Both the position numbers and the translations under genes were made by a program. Below the pieces are notes generated by a model. That model saw only the letters and a list, made by a program, of their open reading frames with translations, was not told where the DNA came from and searched no databases. A stretch of 64,000 nt of DNA, from positions 7,068,001 to 7,132,000 of the forward strand of contig NC_092673.1 in NCBI RefSeq assembly GCF_964355755.1, written 5' to 3'. The stretch is from Antedon mediterranea. Its lineage: Eukaryota; Animalia; Echinodermata. Position 1 is the stretch's first letter. The number at the start of each line of letters is the position of its first letter. Positions 1 through 14,111 of this stretch are shown one piece after another.

Positions 1-986
1 CACAACAACTGATGCAACAACAGAAAAAATAACAGATGAAACAACGGACACAACAACAGATGCAACAACGGACATAACAACAGATGCAACAACAGATGGA
101 ACAACAGATGCAACAACGGACATAACAACAGATGCAACAACAGATGGAACAACAGATACAACAACGGACATAACAACAGATGCAACAATGGACACAACAA
201 CGGATATAACAACAGAGGCAACAACGGACACAACTGCAGATGCAACAACGGACACAACAACAGATGCAACAACGGACATAACAACAGATGCAACAACAGA
301 TGCAACAACGGACATAACAACAGATGAAACAACGGACATAACAACAGATGCAACAACGGACAAAACAACGGACATAACAACGGACATAACAACAGATGCA
401 ACAACGGACACAACAAAAGATGCAGAAACGGAAACAACAACAGACACAACAACTGATGCAACAACAGATGCAACAACGGACACAACAACAGATAAAACAG
501 CGGACACAACAACAGATGCAACGACAGACACAACAACAGATGCAACGACAGACACAACAACAGATGCAACAACGGACATAACAACAGATGCAACAACGGA
601 CATAACAACAGATGCAACGACAGACACAACAACAGATGCAACGACAGACACAACAACAGATGCAACGACAGACACAACAACAGATGCAACAACGGATATA
701 ACAACAGATGCAACAACGGACATAACAACAGATGCAACAACAGATGGAACAACAGATGCAACAACGGACACAACAACAGATGCAACAACGGACATAACAA
801 CAGATACAACAACGGACACAACAACAGATGTAACAACGGACACAACAACAGATGCAACAACGCACACAACGACAGATGCAACAACGGACACAACTACAGA
901 TGCAACGATGGAAACAACAACAGATGCAATGGCGGACACAACAACCGATTCAACAACGGACACAACAATAAACACGATCAATCAAA
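1..986 (+). CDS. Paralogue 1: Thr/Asp-rich repeat exon (5' part outside window)
   Basis: Open frame from base 2 (TTTDATTEKITDE...) to ...TINTINQ, then phase-1 donor a|gtaagc at 987. The same exon end occurs in paralogues 2 and 3. Confidence 0.85.
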
Positions 987-1606
987 GTAAGCAGTCTGGA
1001 TTTTACATTATCTTAATGTTCGAACCTAATTACTCTACTGTAAATCTAAGTCACGCAATGAATTCATTTTACAGGTTCAACAACAATAAAACGAGGCTGT
1101 GTAGCATCAAAAATTGGTAATGCATTTGTTATATGCAAATTAATAGGGTTGTTCAGAAAATTACCACCGCACGAATCATTCAATTCACAGATCATTTGTA
1201 TTCGTTTTTTCATCTGGTATTTTTTCACTCGTGTCTATTTGTCAATGTACACATTCGTTATTAAAGTATTTTACTTGTTTTGTTTTGTATGTAGATATTA
1301 TGTGTTTGTTTGTTTGTACGCACGTAAACGTACACGTCCACAATTTTAAAGTCATCGTCAAGATGTTTGTTGCAAATATGCATATACCAAGGCATCATTC
1401 CCGCTGATTTTCGGGACAATCGATATATTGGTGACGTAACAAAAACTTAATAAATTAGTGTAGTTACCATTATCTAGAGATTTTATAGCCTAAGTCTAGA
1501 TTGCAAACTCCATGTTATCGCAGTACAAAAAGTTATACTTCATTAAAAAGGAACCAACAAGATGGCGGCTGCAATCGACCAATCATATATGCCATACGCA
1601 GTATAC

Positions 1607-1785
1607 AGATAATGAATGTTTATGAGTGTAATGGTACAAATAATGGCATGAGGTGGACGATGAAAGGTTATAAATAAACGAGGCGACAGTTGAGTTGATA
1701 TATAACCTTTCATCATTCACCAAATGCCATTATTTGTACCATTACAAGAATTTAAAACATCCATTATCTGTTTTATTTAACATCT
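1607..1785. mobile_element. Palindromic (foldback) non-autonomous repeat, class unknown
   Basis: Long imperfect hairpin (taatggtacaaataatggca...gatgaaaggttata / tataacctttcatc...tgccattatttgtaccatta). A second copy lies at 42083-42390. Confidence 0.7.
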
Positions 1786-2554
1786 AAATAGATTCCTGTC
1801 ATTTGAATCAAATAAAAGGTAGGCCTAGCCAATGCCTACATTTGAATCACAATTGATTATATTGTATATGGATTTTATAAATGCACCTACTGATAGTGTT
1901 ACTAGGTCTATACCTATCTATGCCTAGGCTGAAAGACAGCTATGAAACGTCGACGGGCTTGTAGAGATGTTCCCATTAATTTAAAAAAAATCCTAAAAAC
2001 GGTCCAAAGTTAATTTAAATGCCTTTTTGATCTAAATTAGTACATATATATCTCTCCAAAAATGTACTTCCATTGGTAAACCAGTCAATAACATTTGGGA
2101 CAAAAGTACAAAATAAGTGGCGATGTTATATTTCAAAAACAATAGTATAAAAACAATATTTTCCAAAATCCAAACAGATTTTTTTCGTACACGAAAAAAG
2201 CACTATTAAACGATAATTTTAAATCGGCCGATAGTGAATAGCACGCCCTCTGTCGCTCTCTGCATTTCCGAATTCATTACGAAACCTATTCATTTTTCGT
2301 TTTGTCCGTTAATCCAATTCAGCATCCATTCATATCCAAATATCTGAAAAATATCAATAATATTAATCGATCTAAAAAGCCTTATTTTATCTAATAACAA
2401 TGGAAATGTTATTCCCGGAGTTACCTGTAAGTCTATACAGGATCCACCACCGATTAACGTTGTCATTAAACCCGTCATGTCAACTGACAAAGCTATCTAA
2501 ACGATTGTCAGTCAGGTCTAGTGATTTAAAATGTCACATCTGTTTTTTATTTAG

Positions 2555-2817
2555 CTGTACGGGGCTACTTCAGAAAGGTCAGCGTGGATGGACAAGACGT
2601 TTGCCTGTTGGATCAAACCATTTCTAGCAAACACGTTATAAGTAGCGTTATAGACTGTTCACGCGTGTGTTTGTCTCATTCATTCTGTAATGGCTTTGTT
2701 GTCAACAGCAATCATCCATACTTAATATGTTCATTACTGGACAGGACATTCATTCGAAGAAAAGTAACTTCTATAAATTGTATTACTTATAAAAAGTATT
2801 TGAATGTATCAAAGTGA
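2555..2817 (+). CDS. Paralogue 1: terminal exon, PAN/Apple-like domain
   Basis: Acceptor tgttttttatttag|ct. The phase-1 join gives TVRGYFRKVSVDGQDVCLLDQ...DCSRVCLSHSFCNGF...ICSLL...NCITYKKYLNVSK*, with the C-x3-C-x5-C..F...C-x-L pattern of PAN_1. Confidence 0.8.
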
Positions 2818-3124
2818 ATATCAGGTTTTTTGACTTTGATTATTGAAACAAATACAGTTCTAGATGTGATATAGTATGAAATTGAAAACACGCATGCGCA
2901 CGCAATGCTACACTTCGTTTATGCACAGTTTGATACCATATGGGAGCTAAGGCGCCAATATGTTTATGATATCTATTTTGCGTTGGTCTATTGTTAAGTA
3001 TGCCTATATTTATTCTGAATTGTAAATAAATATTGTTGGGTTTTGATAAGATATATATAAAGTTTATTTAAACACCAATGAATACGAAAAAAAAAAAAAA
3101 GACAACATTTGAAAAAGAAAATTA

Positions 3125-3235
3125 CAGCAGAATCCCTTCCACATCTGACACCCCTATTTAGGGGACACCATAGCGTTACCTCCCGCGTAACCGGGAACCC
3201 CATATCCATGTGTCTCTTTTGTAGGGATTCTACTG
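3125..3235. mobile_element. Tc1/pogo-like MITE
   Basis: ta|CAGCAGAATCCCT ... AGGGATTCTACTG terminal inverted repeats, ~110 bp. Confidence 0.55.
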
Positions 3236-3630
3236 TTGTACATAATAAATGGTGGTTTTTTTTTCACTTTTATCTTAAAATAATAGTAAAAACAAACACA
3301 TAATACATAAATATCAATGTAAAGCTCAATAGAGAGGACAGAGATAGATCTACATTAACATTCTTCGTAATGAGCGGAGGTGCTCAGATCATACGACTGG
3401 TTTAGTTTAGTTACTTAGCCTCCCTACTATCACTATTAGTACATAATAAATGTTTTTTTATTTTCATTTTTATCTTAGAATAATAGTAATAACAAACAAA
3501 TAGTACATAAGATTTGACAAATATCAAGGTAAAGCTCAACAAAGAGGGCAGAGATAGAACGACATTAACATTTCTCGTAATGAGCGGAGGTGCTCAGATC
3601 ATACGACTGGTTTAGTTTTTACTTAGCCTA
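3236..3630 (+). repeat. ~200-bp imperfect tandem duplication
   Basis: gtacataataaatg...aaagctcaa...cgtaatgagcggaggtgctcagatcatacgactggtttagttt occurs twice. Confidence 0.8.
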
Positions 3631-4430
3631 CTATTACTGTGGACATTGGATATTAACATCAAGGTGAAAAGACCTGAACATCAGCAGGCGCTTACTACAA
3701 CACTGTACTATATGTTTAGGAGAATATTATGCCACAATAGCCACCAGGCATGCTAATAATAGTCAGGTCGCTTAGGTCCTATTTTTGGCATAATTTGTGC
3801 ACTTTGTGACAAAACCACCAAACTGGCAGAAACCTTCTTTAGGACCTAACTAACAATTCTAGAAGGGGTGCCCAACAATTCGAACAATTTAATAACGTCA
3901 TTTTGACTACGCCATGTAAAAACATAAAACATATATAAATTACATAAATATATCAAGTTTGGTATCAAATTATAGCTTATGTACAATACCACTAACATAA
4001 GAAAAATATAATTTCACAATATAATGACGTCATCAAAGCCACATCCATTATATATTACATAACTTCGTGGGGAAAAATCAAATTAATATGGAAAGTTTGG
4101 TATTAAATTAAAGCTTATGACATGTACAAACCCACAGAACTATATAAATATGATTTGAACAATATAATGATGCCATTACTTAAGCCACACCCATTATACA
4201 AAAATATAACATAACTTATGAAAAATGAAACGGCAGTATGCGTAAAACTGAGCTAATGATTACGTAATCGTTGTTGAACGTATGATCACTTGGGTTGAGT
4301 TGCATAAATGCCATGCGACGTATAATAGAAATCTCACTAGCTAGTCCAGGCAACCTATGAAAAAAAGGGTGTAACCGAAAACAAATTGCAATAGTTTTCA
4401 AACCTTTTTTATCTGTTTTAGTACCTAATA

Positions 4431-4870
4431 CACTGTAAGAAATGTCTGTAATTTTACGTTCACCGTAATTAATTTTACTGTAAAAATAACGGTAAGAACC
4501 GTGAAATTTTATTTTTACGGTATTTTGTATATAAAATTACAACGGAATTGTAAATTCCCGGTTTAAAATCTCTGTTCTGTTTTTTAACGTCGAAGCTGGT
4601 AATTTTAACTAAAAAATTACGGATGTCTGTAATTTTACGTTCACCGTAATCAATTTTACTGTAAAAATAACGGTCCCAACCGTGAAATTTTATTTTTACA
4701 GTATTTTGTATATAAAATTACAACGGAATTGTAGATTACCGGTTTAAAATCTCTGTTCTGTATTTTTACGTCGAAGCTGGTAATTTTAACTAAAAATTGA
4801 CGTAAATTTTCATCAACAGTACCGTATACACATTTGTTACTAAAATCCTGTGTATTTCAACGGTATTTTG
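4431..4870 (+). mobile_element. CACTG-terminus (CACTA/EnSpm-like) non-autonomous fragment with 2x ~181-bp internal repeat
   Basis: Begins cactgtaagaaatgtctgtaattttacg. The unit atgtctgtaattttacgttcaccgtaat... recurs at 4442 and 4623. The superfamily call rests on the terminus only. Confidence 0.5.
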
Positions 4871-4900
4871 AACATACTAATACGATGAATACGTACATTT

Positions 4901-7900
4901 AAGATAAGATAAGATAAGATAACTTTTATTGATCCTCAACAAGGAAATTCATTGCTCGTCATAATAACAAAGAAAACACAATAAAAACAAATATAGCATA
5001 AAACCATTCATATAAAAACATCTAAAAAATTACAAGATAAAATTATCTTCTTGACTTCCTGTTGTACTGGATGATACCGGAGGGAATAAAGGATTTAGCA
5101 AATCGATTTGTTTTCACACTGAGGAGCCTCAATCTACCTCTTGGATTAAGTTGGTCTATGATCACTTTGTGGAGAGGATGAGAGGCATCCGACTCAATGC
5201 GTTCGAAATCTTTCTGGAGGTGTTTTAGGTGCACATCGGTAAAGGAAGGCAGTTCCAGACCAATCATTTTACCAGCCCGACGGATGAAAGTTTCAAGGCG
5301 TCCTTTATTCCCTCCGGTAACATTACCAGCCCAATAGGAGAGGCAATACGTCCACACACTACATATAACGGATCTATAAAACGAAAGTAACATCAAATCA
5401 CAGGAGTTAAATTTATATAAAGTTCTCATACAATACATTCTGGGATTTAATTTTTTGCTGATGTAGTCTATATGGTCTCCCCAATTCAGTTTATCATTGA
5501 AAACAATTCCTAGATACTTGTACTGGTCAACAATTTCAATTTCTTTACCTTTGATAGTGATTGGTTGAAAATTAAATTTATGTTTAGTCCTAAAATCAAT
5601 GATCATCTCCTTTGTTTTTGATGCATTTATTTGGAGATAATTATCGTCACAAAATTTTATAAATCTTTGTATTTCGCTACGATAATTTTCATCATTGTTT
5701 GAAACTATGAGACCAATAGTACTAGTGTCATCAGTGAATTTAACAACGGGGCAAAGCTCATCATTTAAAGATCTGTAATCGGCCGTATACAAGGAATATA
5801 ATTTAGGTGCGTTGACAGTACCCTGAGGAACACCGGTGTCAGAGGTTACGATTTCTGACTTAACACCATTAATATTAACAAATTGTTTTCTATCACAAAT
5901 GAAATTTAAAACTAAACGAACAATCGGACGGGGAAACTCCATATTCAACATTTTGTCTGCTAAGATATGGGGTTGTATGGTATTAAACGCAGACTGAAAA
6001 TCAAAATACATAATACGTGCCGAGTGGCCTTTCTTTACATTATCTAGATGTGAATACAATTTATGTAATTTAAAATAAATCGCATCACTGGTACTACGGA
6101 GTGATCGGTAAGCAAATTGCAATGGGTCTAACACTTTTTCAGCATAAGGTTGCATAATTTTTAAAATAATACGTTCCAATATTTTCATCGCGACAGACGT
6201 GAGTGCAACGGGTCTCAAATCATTCATGCTGTTAATCTTAGGTTTCTTAGGTACCGGTATTATGCATGAAAGTTTCCAAATATCCGGGAACGCATGATAA
6301 GAAAGATACATATTGAAAATAAATGTAAATATACCATCAAGGTGAGGAGAGCAGACCTTAAGTACTCGTGATGGGATTCTATCCGGCCCAGCAGCCTTCG
6401 ATGAATTGAGTTTCATGAATTCGTTATGTACATCAGAAATGCTTTTACTAAATTTGGGATCATCTTCAGTCACCCGACACAAGCTGAATAGGGCCTCTAT
6501 TTCTTTTTTAAAATCATGAACATTAAAACGGTTATAAAATTCATTTAACTCATTAACATATTGCACAGTAACATTCGGAATCGAGGTGGGTGTATTACCA
6601 CCGTTTGTGTAACCACTCATAAGTTTAATACCCTGCCAAACTTGTTTCATATTATTAGACCTGAAGTTATGTTCAACTTTTTTCCTCTAAATGTTCTTCT
6701 GTTTCATTATTTCCGATTTAATCTCTCTAGTCAATATTTTCATACGATTAGAGTCGCCCATCTTAAAGGCTTTACGTTTCTCACACAACAGTAATTTAAC
6801 GCCTTTCGTGATCCATGGCTTGTTATTAGGGTAGATTTTCACTTTTTTAACTGGAACGCATTTATCAATACAAAAGTTTATGTACGAGCTCACTGCATAA
6901 GTAATACTATTCAAATCTTCATCCTCCGTAAAAATATCCCAATCGGTAGATTCAAATTCCTCTATCAGGGCTTCCTCGGCTTCAGGAGACCATTTATGTA
7001 CATTAATAATTTTTGGTTGGCATGTCTTATTTAACGGGCGATATTTAGGACTGAGTAAAATCAAATTATGATCAGATTTGCCCAAGTTCGGTAGTGGGGT
7101 CGAAATATAGGCATCCTTCACACTAGAGTAGCATAAATCAAGAATCGCGTTGTCCCTCATTTTACATGTAACATGCTGATAATATGTGGCCGTTGTTTTC
7201 TTGAGCTTGCATCTGTTGAAATCGCCATTGATAATTACAAGCGCCTCAGGGTGACTACACTCAATACCTTCGATAATTTCTGCGATCTCATTTATAGCAG
7301 GCTTTTCAAGCTTTTTGTTAGGTATGTATACCATAACATTGATAACATGCGAGAACTCTCTCGGAAGATAGTAGGGGTGAATACCAACAACCAGCACTTC
7401 CGAGTGTGGCGAACATTTATGAAGCTTAAGCGTAGAGTTATTTGGATGACAGTATTTCTCATTAATGTAGAGGCAAAGACCACCACCGCCATCTTTGTTC
7501 GCTTCGGCTGTACGATCCCCACGGACAGATTTAAAGCCAACTACTTGAATATGTTGATCGCTGTGCTTATCGCTCAGGTGGGTTTCCGTGAATGCAAGTA
7601 AGCGGGCATTCCTAAAATCGCTGAAGTGTTCGACGTTTGCTCTGAGTAAATCGACTTTGTTATTCAAAGATCTAACATTTCCAAATATTAAAGATGGTAT
7701 AAAAGGCTTACATTTCCTTCGTTGTAGTCGTTTTCTGACCCCACCAGCCTTGCCCCTTTTTCGAGGCCTGCGACGTTGTATCTCAGATGGTAATTCAACG
7801 TGTGCCGGTAGCGGTGAGGTCGACCTCTCGCCCATGGAATGCAAATCAGATGACGTCGTGTACGCAATTCCACCGCCCGGCTTACTCAATCCACACAGTA

Positions 7901-8060
7901 AGAACATCCAAAATATCAGCAAAAAATACAGAAATTTCAAAACTTTCACATACAACATAATGTATAAATCAAATGACTTCTTCCACAATACAATACAGTC
8001 CAAATATACGAAAATAACGTCAAAAAATGAGTAACAATAGTGAGACAATGAGACGAGCTG
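4901..8060 (-). mobile_element. Near full-length non-LTR retrotransposon (Rex1/Babar-like), APE endonuclease + reverse transcriptase, one in-frame stop
   Basis: ORFs 8048-6687 (GNVRSL, FTETHL, GDFN, SDH) and 6650-5043 (RPVALTS, DPLQFAYR, DFQSAFNTI, GVPQG, FTDD, KTKEMIIDFR, YKYLG) share a frame and are separated by one TAG. 3' end is AATAAA plus a (TTATC)n tail at 4901-4930. Confidence 0.92.
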
Positions 8061-8069
8061 TGCATCGCT

Positions 8070-9800
8070 GTAAAATGTCCTTCATTTTTAAAATCTACCA
8101 AATTCGGATTAGTGGAACATATAATTTAGGGGTCATTTGAGGTCAAATATGTCAAATTTGGTATTAAACACATATTTAGGTATAACTTATGACTGGTTTA
8201 AGAAATCAAATGACATACCATATCATAGCTATTTAAATTAACTATCTAATGATACCAAGCATGATATGTTTACATGCAGACATGGTATAGTTATTTGGTG
8301 AAAATTGTATTTTGTTTACAATTTTATCCAAAATTAAAATTTTTCAAGAATTATTTTTTGGTAAAAATATAAACATTTTTTAACAAAATTTTACCAATTT
8401 ACAAAATCAAACTGAAACACAATTTGTATAGTACGGAATTACATAAATATAAATAGAAACACTCAAAATTTGAGGTCAAATAGGTCAAATATTTTTATTA
8501 ATCACATTTTTTTTGTATATATTATAACGTATGACTGGTATAACATATTTTATCAAATGTAGTATCATATTTTAGCTATTTCAATTATCTATCTAATGAT
8601 AGCCAACTTGATATTTTTACATGCAAACATGGTATAGTTTTTGATTGAAAATTGTAATTTTTTTAAATTTGTATTCAAAAATAAAATTGTTCAATAATTA
8701 TATTTTAGTAAAAATATAACTTAATGACATATTTTATAAAACAAAGTTTTACAAATATTTTGCATATAATATAGTTATGTAAAATTTACAATATCAAAAC
8801 TGAAACGTAATTTGGTACGTAATTACAGGCATTTAAATAGAAACACTCAAAATTAGAGCTCAAATAGGTCAAATTTGCTATTAATCACTTTTTTAGATAT
8901 AACTTATGACTGATGTAACATATTTCATCAAATAAAGTATCATTTCATAACTATTCAAATTATCTATCTAATGATACCAAACATGATATGTTTACATGCA
9001 AAGTGTAAAGTTTTTTGTTGGCGAAATATGTAATTTTAAAATTTATTATCCAAAATCACAATTTTTCAAGAATATTTTAGTAAAAAAGGAACTTAATTAA
9101 ATTTTTAAACACATTTTTACAAATATTTTGTTAAATTTACAATATCAAAACTGCAAAACGCAATTTGGTTAGGAATTACAGGAATTTAAATAGAAACTCT
9201 CAACAATTTTAGGTCAACCAGGTACAAATGGTACAAACCAGGATAAACTGCGATTTTTTTCTGTCAAAGTTTTCTCAATGGAATATTCCACTCGGAATTG
9301 TCATCCAAATACCATAATCTTTGGAGCCACGCATACCTTTTCCCCAAATCCAAGATGTCATCCAAAATTCAAAATGACTGCCAACATTATATAAACTGTA
9401 TTCATAATGACTATGAAATGTTCTTTCTATACTTTTTGAAGTGGATATGCCATCCTCAGCATGTATCTTTTAATTTAAAATGTGAGTTCAAATCCAAGAT
9501 GTCCTCCAAAATTCAAGATGGCCACCAACATTTTAAATAGCTGCTAAATTGCCTTTTATTTGACATTTAATTTTGCCTATTAAATTGCCTTTCTCAACTG
9601 TTTAGATGGTTATGTCATGCTCTGTCATGTCATCTTAAAATTAGCATGAGACTCAAAATCCAAAAATGGCTGCCAAATTCCAAAATGGCCATATAAAAAA
9701 GCGACTAGCTTCTAAATAAAGGTATCTATTTTTTTAGGTTCATTGAAAACCGAAACCAACCCATTGAACATAAAAATCGAGAAATGTTGAAAATATTGAG
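8070..9800. repeat. AT-rich degraded DNA-transposon-like repeat with three ~350-bp internal subrepeats
   Basis: ctatctaatgataccaa...tttacatgcaaacatggtatag and gaggtcaaataggtcaaa blocks recur near 8240, 8590 and 8965; caagatggc/caaaatggc motifs at 9350-9690. Confidence 0.5.
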
Positions 9801-10067
9801 AATTTGTAGTAGGGTCAGTCTAATCTTTTTCAAGAAACCTTGGTAACATGATAACTATTAGTATTATAACTAATTATTGATAAGCTTTAGTGAGACAAAT
9901 CGTTCTTAAAAAATCTCGAACACATGAGGGTCAACTAGCTAACACAATGTTGATAATTGTTAGTTGGAGGTCTCTATTTCAATTCAAGATTTAACAAAAA
10001 AATACAGAGATCACCATTTAGAACATAATAATGTGTAGGGATTTCACAATTCATCGCAGACAGACTA

Positions 10068-10284
10068 GATTTGCGTATTTTGGCATGATTTACGTATTTT
10101 GGCATGATTTGTGTATTTTGGCAAAGCATAGCGCCCTCAATTTGCGTATTTTGGCATGATTTGTGTATTTTGGCAAAGCATAGCGCCCTAAATTGGCGTA
10201 TTTTGGCATGAATTGCGTATTTTTGCAAAGCATAGCGCCCTCAACTTGCGTATTTTTGCAAAATTCTTGCGTATTTTGGCAGGG
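10068..10284. repeat. Minisatellite-like subterminal repeat (tttgcgtattttggca / aagcatagcgccct), probable DNA-TE end
   Basis: About 9 copies of gcgtattttggca, ending ...ggcagggta. Confidence 0.7.
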
Positions 10285-11842
10285 TACTCACCAACCCTAA
10301 TGAAAATAACCAGTATTTAAGCATTGGTTAATCAAAAGTTAATTATAATTATATCAATAGTTTGCACTATAAATAGATAACGTAATGTAATTCTAATAAG
10401 CACTTAAATCTTAATTTAGCTTAACTTAGTTCTGAACATAAAAATTTGGCCAAAAATACCTCTCACTAACAGCATCATTAGCAATGATTTACGCTTCAAC
10501 GGTGATGTTTCCTAAAGCCATCAAAAGTGACCCCTACAATCTATATATAAATTATGGTTAATTCTGACATAGGCGAGCACAATGCAAAAACTTCGGTACT
10601 AATCTCTGCCTTGGATACTTACCTTATCTATCTGAGATGTACCGCGAAACGTAGATTTGATAACATTAGTGTTCACATCGACGCTATTGTTCCATATTTC
10701 TATCTTAGGAAGATATTATAAAGAGTTTTTTAACAAAATTTATGATTTCAACATTAGATTTTCATTCATTCTTCCCGGTCAAAGTAATTTCCGGGTTTAA
10801 GATAAGTTTACCGTGCAACAACCTAGTTTCAAATATTTTCTCACTTTTATACACAAGGGAGTAGTTAAAATAATAGATTTGACCCTAAAGGTGACTGGAA
10901 ACAGGCACTTTCCATCAATCAATACAGTGTCCCTTTGGAAGACGAACAAAAAATCAGATAGTAGGACTGGAGCTTAATTTGGCCATTAGTCATAGCCATT
11001 TCAGTTTTTTGTTTATTTTAAAACATACCGCGCGTGTGTGAAGGTACAGTAGTTAAATAATAGGAATTATACTGCAAATTAATAAAGATCAAATTAAATA
11101 TACGCCATAAAGAATCAGAATATATTGTGGGGAATAATATTATAAAATTACATAGGGAGATTTGATGATAAGACATTTTTCGAGTGAAATCCCGATAGCT
11201 GAGTTTTATTGAGTAAGCTTGCAGGAATAACTGTAGGCTATCTTGCTGTGTCCCCTTAGGACCGAGATGTCTGCCCATGTTGCAAGCCGTAATGTCTTCT
11301 TTCTTGGTCCAACTCTGTCACGGCAGTTAGTTTCAAAAGATGAATAAATTAAATAATGTATTAATAATTATTAGGATGGTATTCATTTGAATAAACGCTT
11401 CTCCAATAAAACATCACTTTGAATAATTAACCCACCCCCCTCCCCTCCCCCAACCCAACTATCTAATAAACGTCCATCCACATATTTATATATATTATTA
11501 TACTATTTGTAGTAGAATTCGCCGCACTGTTATCTACAATTTACCAAGCATTTGTTATTCTTTTTTAGCACTTTTCATATTTATTAGAGGATTTCATTTG
11601 ATTATAAATGTTACCATATTATTAAAACTAAAAAATGTAACATATATACCTCGACTAAGCACCTCCCTCAAATGACCTCCGCCTCCCCAAAGGGCCCTAC
11701 CAAACAATAAAAACTATACTTTAAAATGTTATTAATCATCTAAAACACTGTGAAACAAAGTAGTTTAGTTTTACGAATGTCAAGCATTTTCAATAATGGT
11801 AACCGACAGAAAACGTATAGGCCTAAGGAGAACATTATAATT

Positions 11843-11903
11843 CCGAGAACCATCGTCTACACTTCCTAGAGGGGGAGCGAGCGAAGCGAGCTCACCCTCT
11901 AGT
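11843..11903 (+). mobile_element. Helitron-like 3' terminus
   Basis: GC-rich hairpin ctagagggggagcgagcgaagcgagctcaccctCTAG|t. A related copy is at 44543-44605. Confidence 0.55.
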
Positions 11904-13173
11904 ATTAATAATGAGTCCACGGTGTTTACATACAATGTTGATTTCTTACAAATTCTACTCTCCATGTAATATCCGGTTGAATGAAGTTTAAATCAATAAT
12001 TTGACCACTATACAATTACAAGCGTGTTGTTTCCAATAAGCAGTATAAAAACTTGCACTTCGTATCAAATTAACTAACTGCTTTTCTGTGCTTTTTAATA
12101 ACGTTTCCTACGTTTAAATAGAATATTAGGTTGTGCTCGTTTAGTAATACAAAACGATAGAAAGCTTAATTAAAATACTGGTAATAAATATAGTGGTGTA
12201 TAATACACAACGCACGCAAATCACTTCTCACAATGATAGTGTTTAAATAATGAAACTGATGTGACGATAAAGACAATGCAGTTGATGACGATTTCAATTT
12301 AAATGATAAAGATGATTATGATGATGATATTAGAGATTGATATTGGTGATAATTAATAAATAATAATTATGATGGCCTAATAATGAGTAAGAAGTTAGTC
12401 ATATGATTATTATTGGGGTTGATTATTATCAAAACAAAAAAGATAATACGAATTATGTGAAGCGACTTTGGTCGAGCATAGTAAGTTGTTATATGTAAAT
12501 GCAAATTTTTGCCAAATATTCTTGCAAGTAAATAACATTATTATTATTATTATTTATTGCCAAAAACCAGTTACAAACATACAAAAACACAGAAACTAAG
12601 GGAGTAGGCAGGAACCTAAAAGTGAACCTAATCACTATAACAAGAGTTCAGGTTCCGTACTCCCAAAGTAACAACAATGATATAAAATAAACTATATCAA
12701 AATATTTAAATAACAAATAGACGAATCAACAGCGTCAATATAAAATAAAAGGATAAAATACATTATAGTCGATTCAACAAAGTCAATATAATGTCAATGT
12801 GATTTAAGTGAATTTAAAAATGTTGGAAAACTGTCTATAATTAAAGAATTTTTAATTAGGCTGTACATAATGAATCGTTCCTATAACGGCAATGATACAG
12901 CATCTATAACTTCAAATTAAACAAAACTGGGTTAAATTATATTTGTCCAAATCGATGTTATTAGTTACCTTTACGAGACAATGCTTAATATTGATCAATA
13001 CATAAAACGAGTATGCAAACTGATACATAAAAAAGGGCATTGGTGCCTCCTGATTTGACGTCTGAACATTTGATCAGGTGACTCAATCAATCGGCAAACA
13101 AGTGTAGGCTCACGGGAACCAATGCTGCTGCTCTCTTTCAGGATTTGGTAAATCTGGACAATAACGTAGACAA

Positions 13174-13267
13174 ATGAACGGATTTACTTGTCTCTCACGA
13201 TTGTCTATTTTCAAACATACATTATTAAAATTGATTATTTTTATTCTTATTTGTACGTGTTTTTCAG
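13174..13267 (+). CDS. Paralogue 2 exon 1: signal peptide
   Basis: MNGFTCLSRLSIFKHTLLKLIIFILICTCFS then g|gtaagt donor, phase 1. Homologous exons at 31187 and 33197. Confidence 0.8.
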
Positions 13268-13647
13268 GTAAGTTTATTCATATAGCTTTACATTTAATAA
13301 ATTGTTTTAGTATCAATAATATGAGACAGTTTGTACGTTATTTGATACAAATATTGTATCAAAATAACCGGAATTATACTAGGATTATTATAATTATTAG
13401 GTATTACGCTATAAATGTGCCTAAAGGGAGCGAATGCACTCCCCAATACAATTTTTCAGTATCAACATCTACTATCCATGGTTTTGATGTTATGTATTCG
13501 TCAGGCAAGTAGTATTTACCCTTTAAAGTGCGGTAAATACACAGAAATTACTCTGAATATATAAATAAATTACACTTTCGTACATGAACAATAACTCATT
13601 CTGAATATGTTTTCTTTTTTTCTCTCTCTCTCGAATGAATTAAATAG

Positions 13648-13890
13648 AGGACTTTATCCTAGTAACAGATAACGACGAAGATGTCATTTTCAAAGCGACT
13701 ATACCAAAAGAGGTGTGTTTACAAAATCTTGAATTTTCTTCCATCGGTAATATAAACACCGAGTGGGGTGTATCTGTCACGTATGACCCCATAGACGACC
13801 ATGTGTATTTGACGGATATATCGGGTGATGAAGGCATATATCGATCATATCTGGACGGAACAAATATAGATCGAATTGTCACTGCTGACG
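13648..13890 (+). CDS. Paralogue 2 exon 2: YWTD-like propeller blades 1-2
   Basis: EDFILVTD...VSVTYDPIDDHVYLTDISGDEGIYRSYLDGTNIDRIV; tag| acceptor after a pyrimidine tract, g|gtgaga donor; 243 nt, phase 1-1. Confidence 0.85.
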
Positions 13891-13953
13891 GTGAGAATAG
13901 AAGTATATAAATACTAATATGCAGGTTTCCCTCCAATTAAAGACCACGTTTAT

Positions 13954-14049
13954 GGCCGTATTCACCATTCACACTTGGGAAATACTTATACATATTTATT
14001 AAGTGAAATCTAGGAAAATACCTCATAGGTGTGATTGGTAAATACGGCC
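13954..14049. mobile_element. Small MITE (Harbinger-like termini)
   Basis: ggccgtattcaccattcacac ... gtgtgattggtaaatacggcc inverted repeat. Confidence 0.55.
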
Positions 14050-14111
14050 GCTGGTTTCACAGGTCCAATCCTACCAAAACTCGGAACAGAAGTGGTCTTT
14101 AAATTACCTAA

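Noticed and set aside
1-986. Repeat tracts as CRISPR array or telomeric/satellite DNA
   Set aside because: No unique spacers or cas genes, eukaryotic context, and the tracts are frame-preserving and bounded by splice sites.
987-1120. ORF tail ...KQSGFYIILMFEPNY... as true C-terminus or membrane anchor (also 25383-25516, 40318-40472)
   Set aside because: It begins at a strong GTAAGC donor and is frameshifted in copy 3, so its similarity reflects recent duplication. Intron retention cannot be fully excluded.
7173-8034. + strand ORFs overlapping the LINE
   Set aside because: Antisense shadows of the endonuclease ORF.
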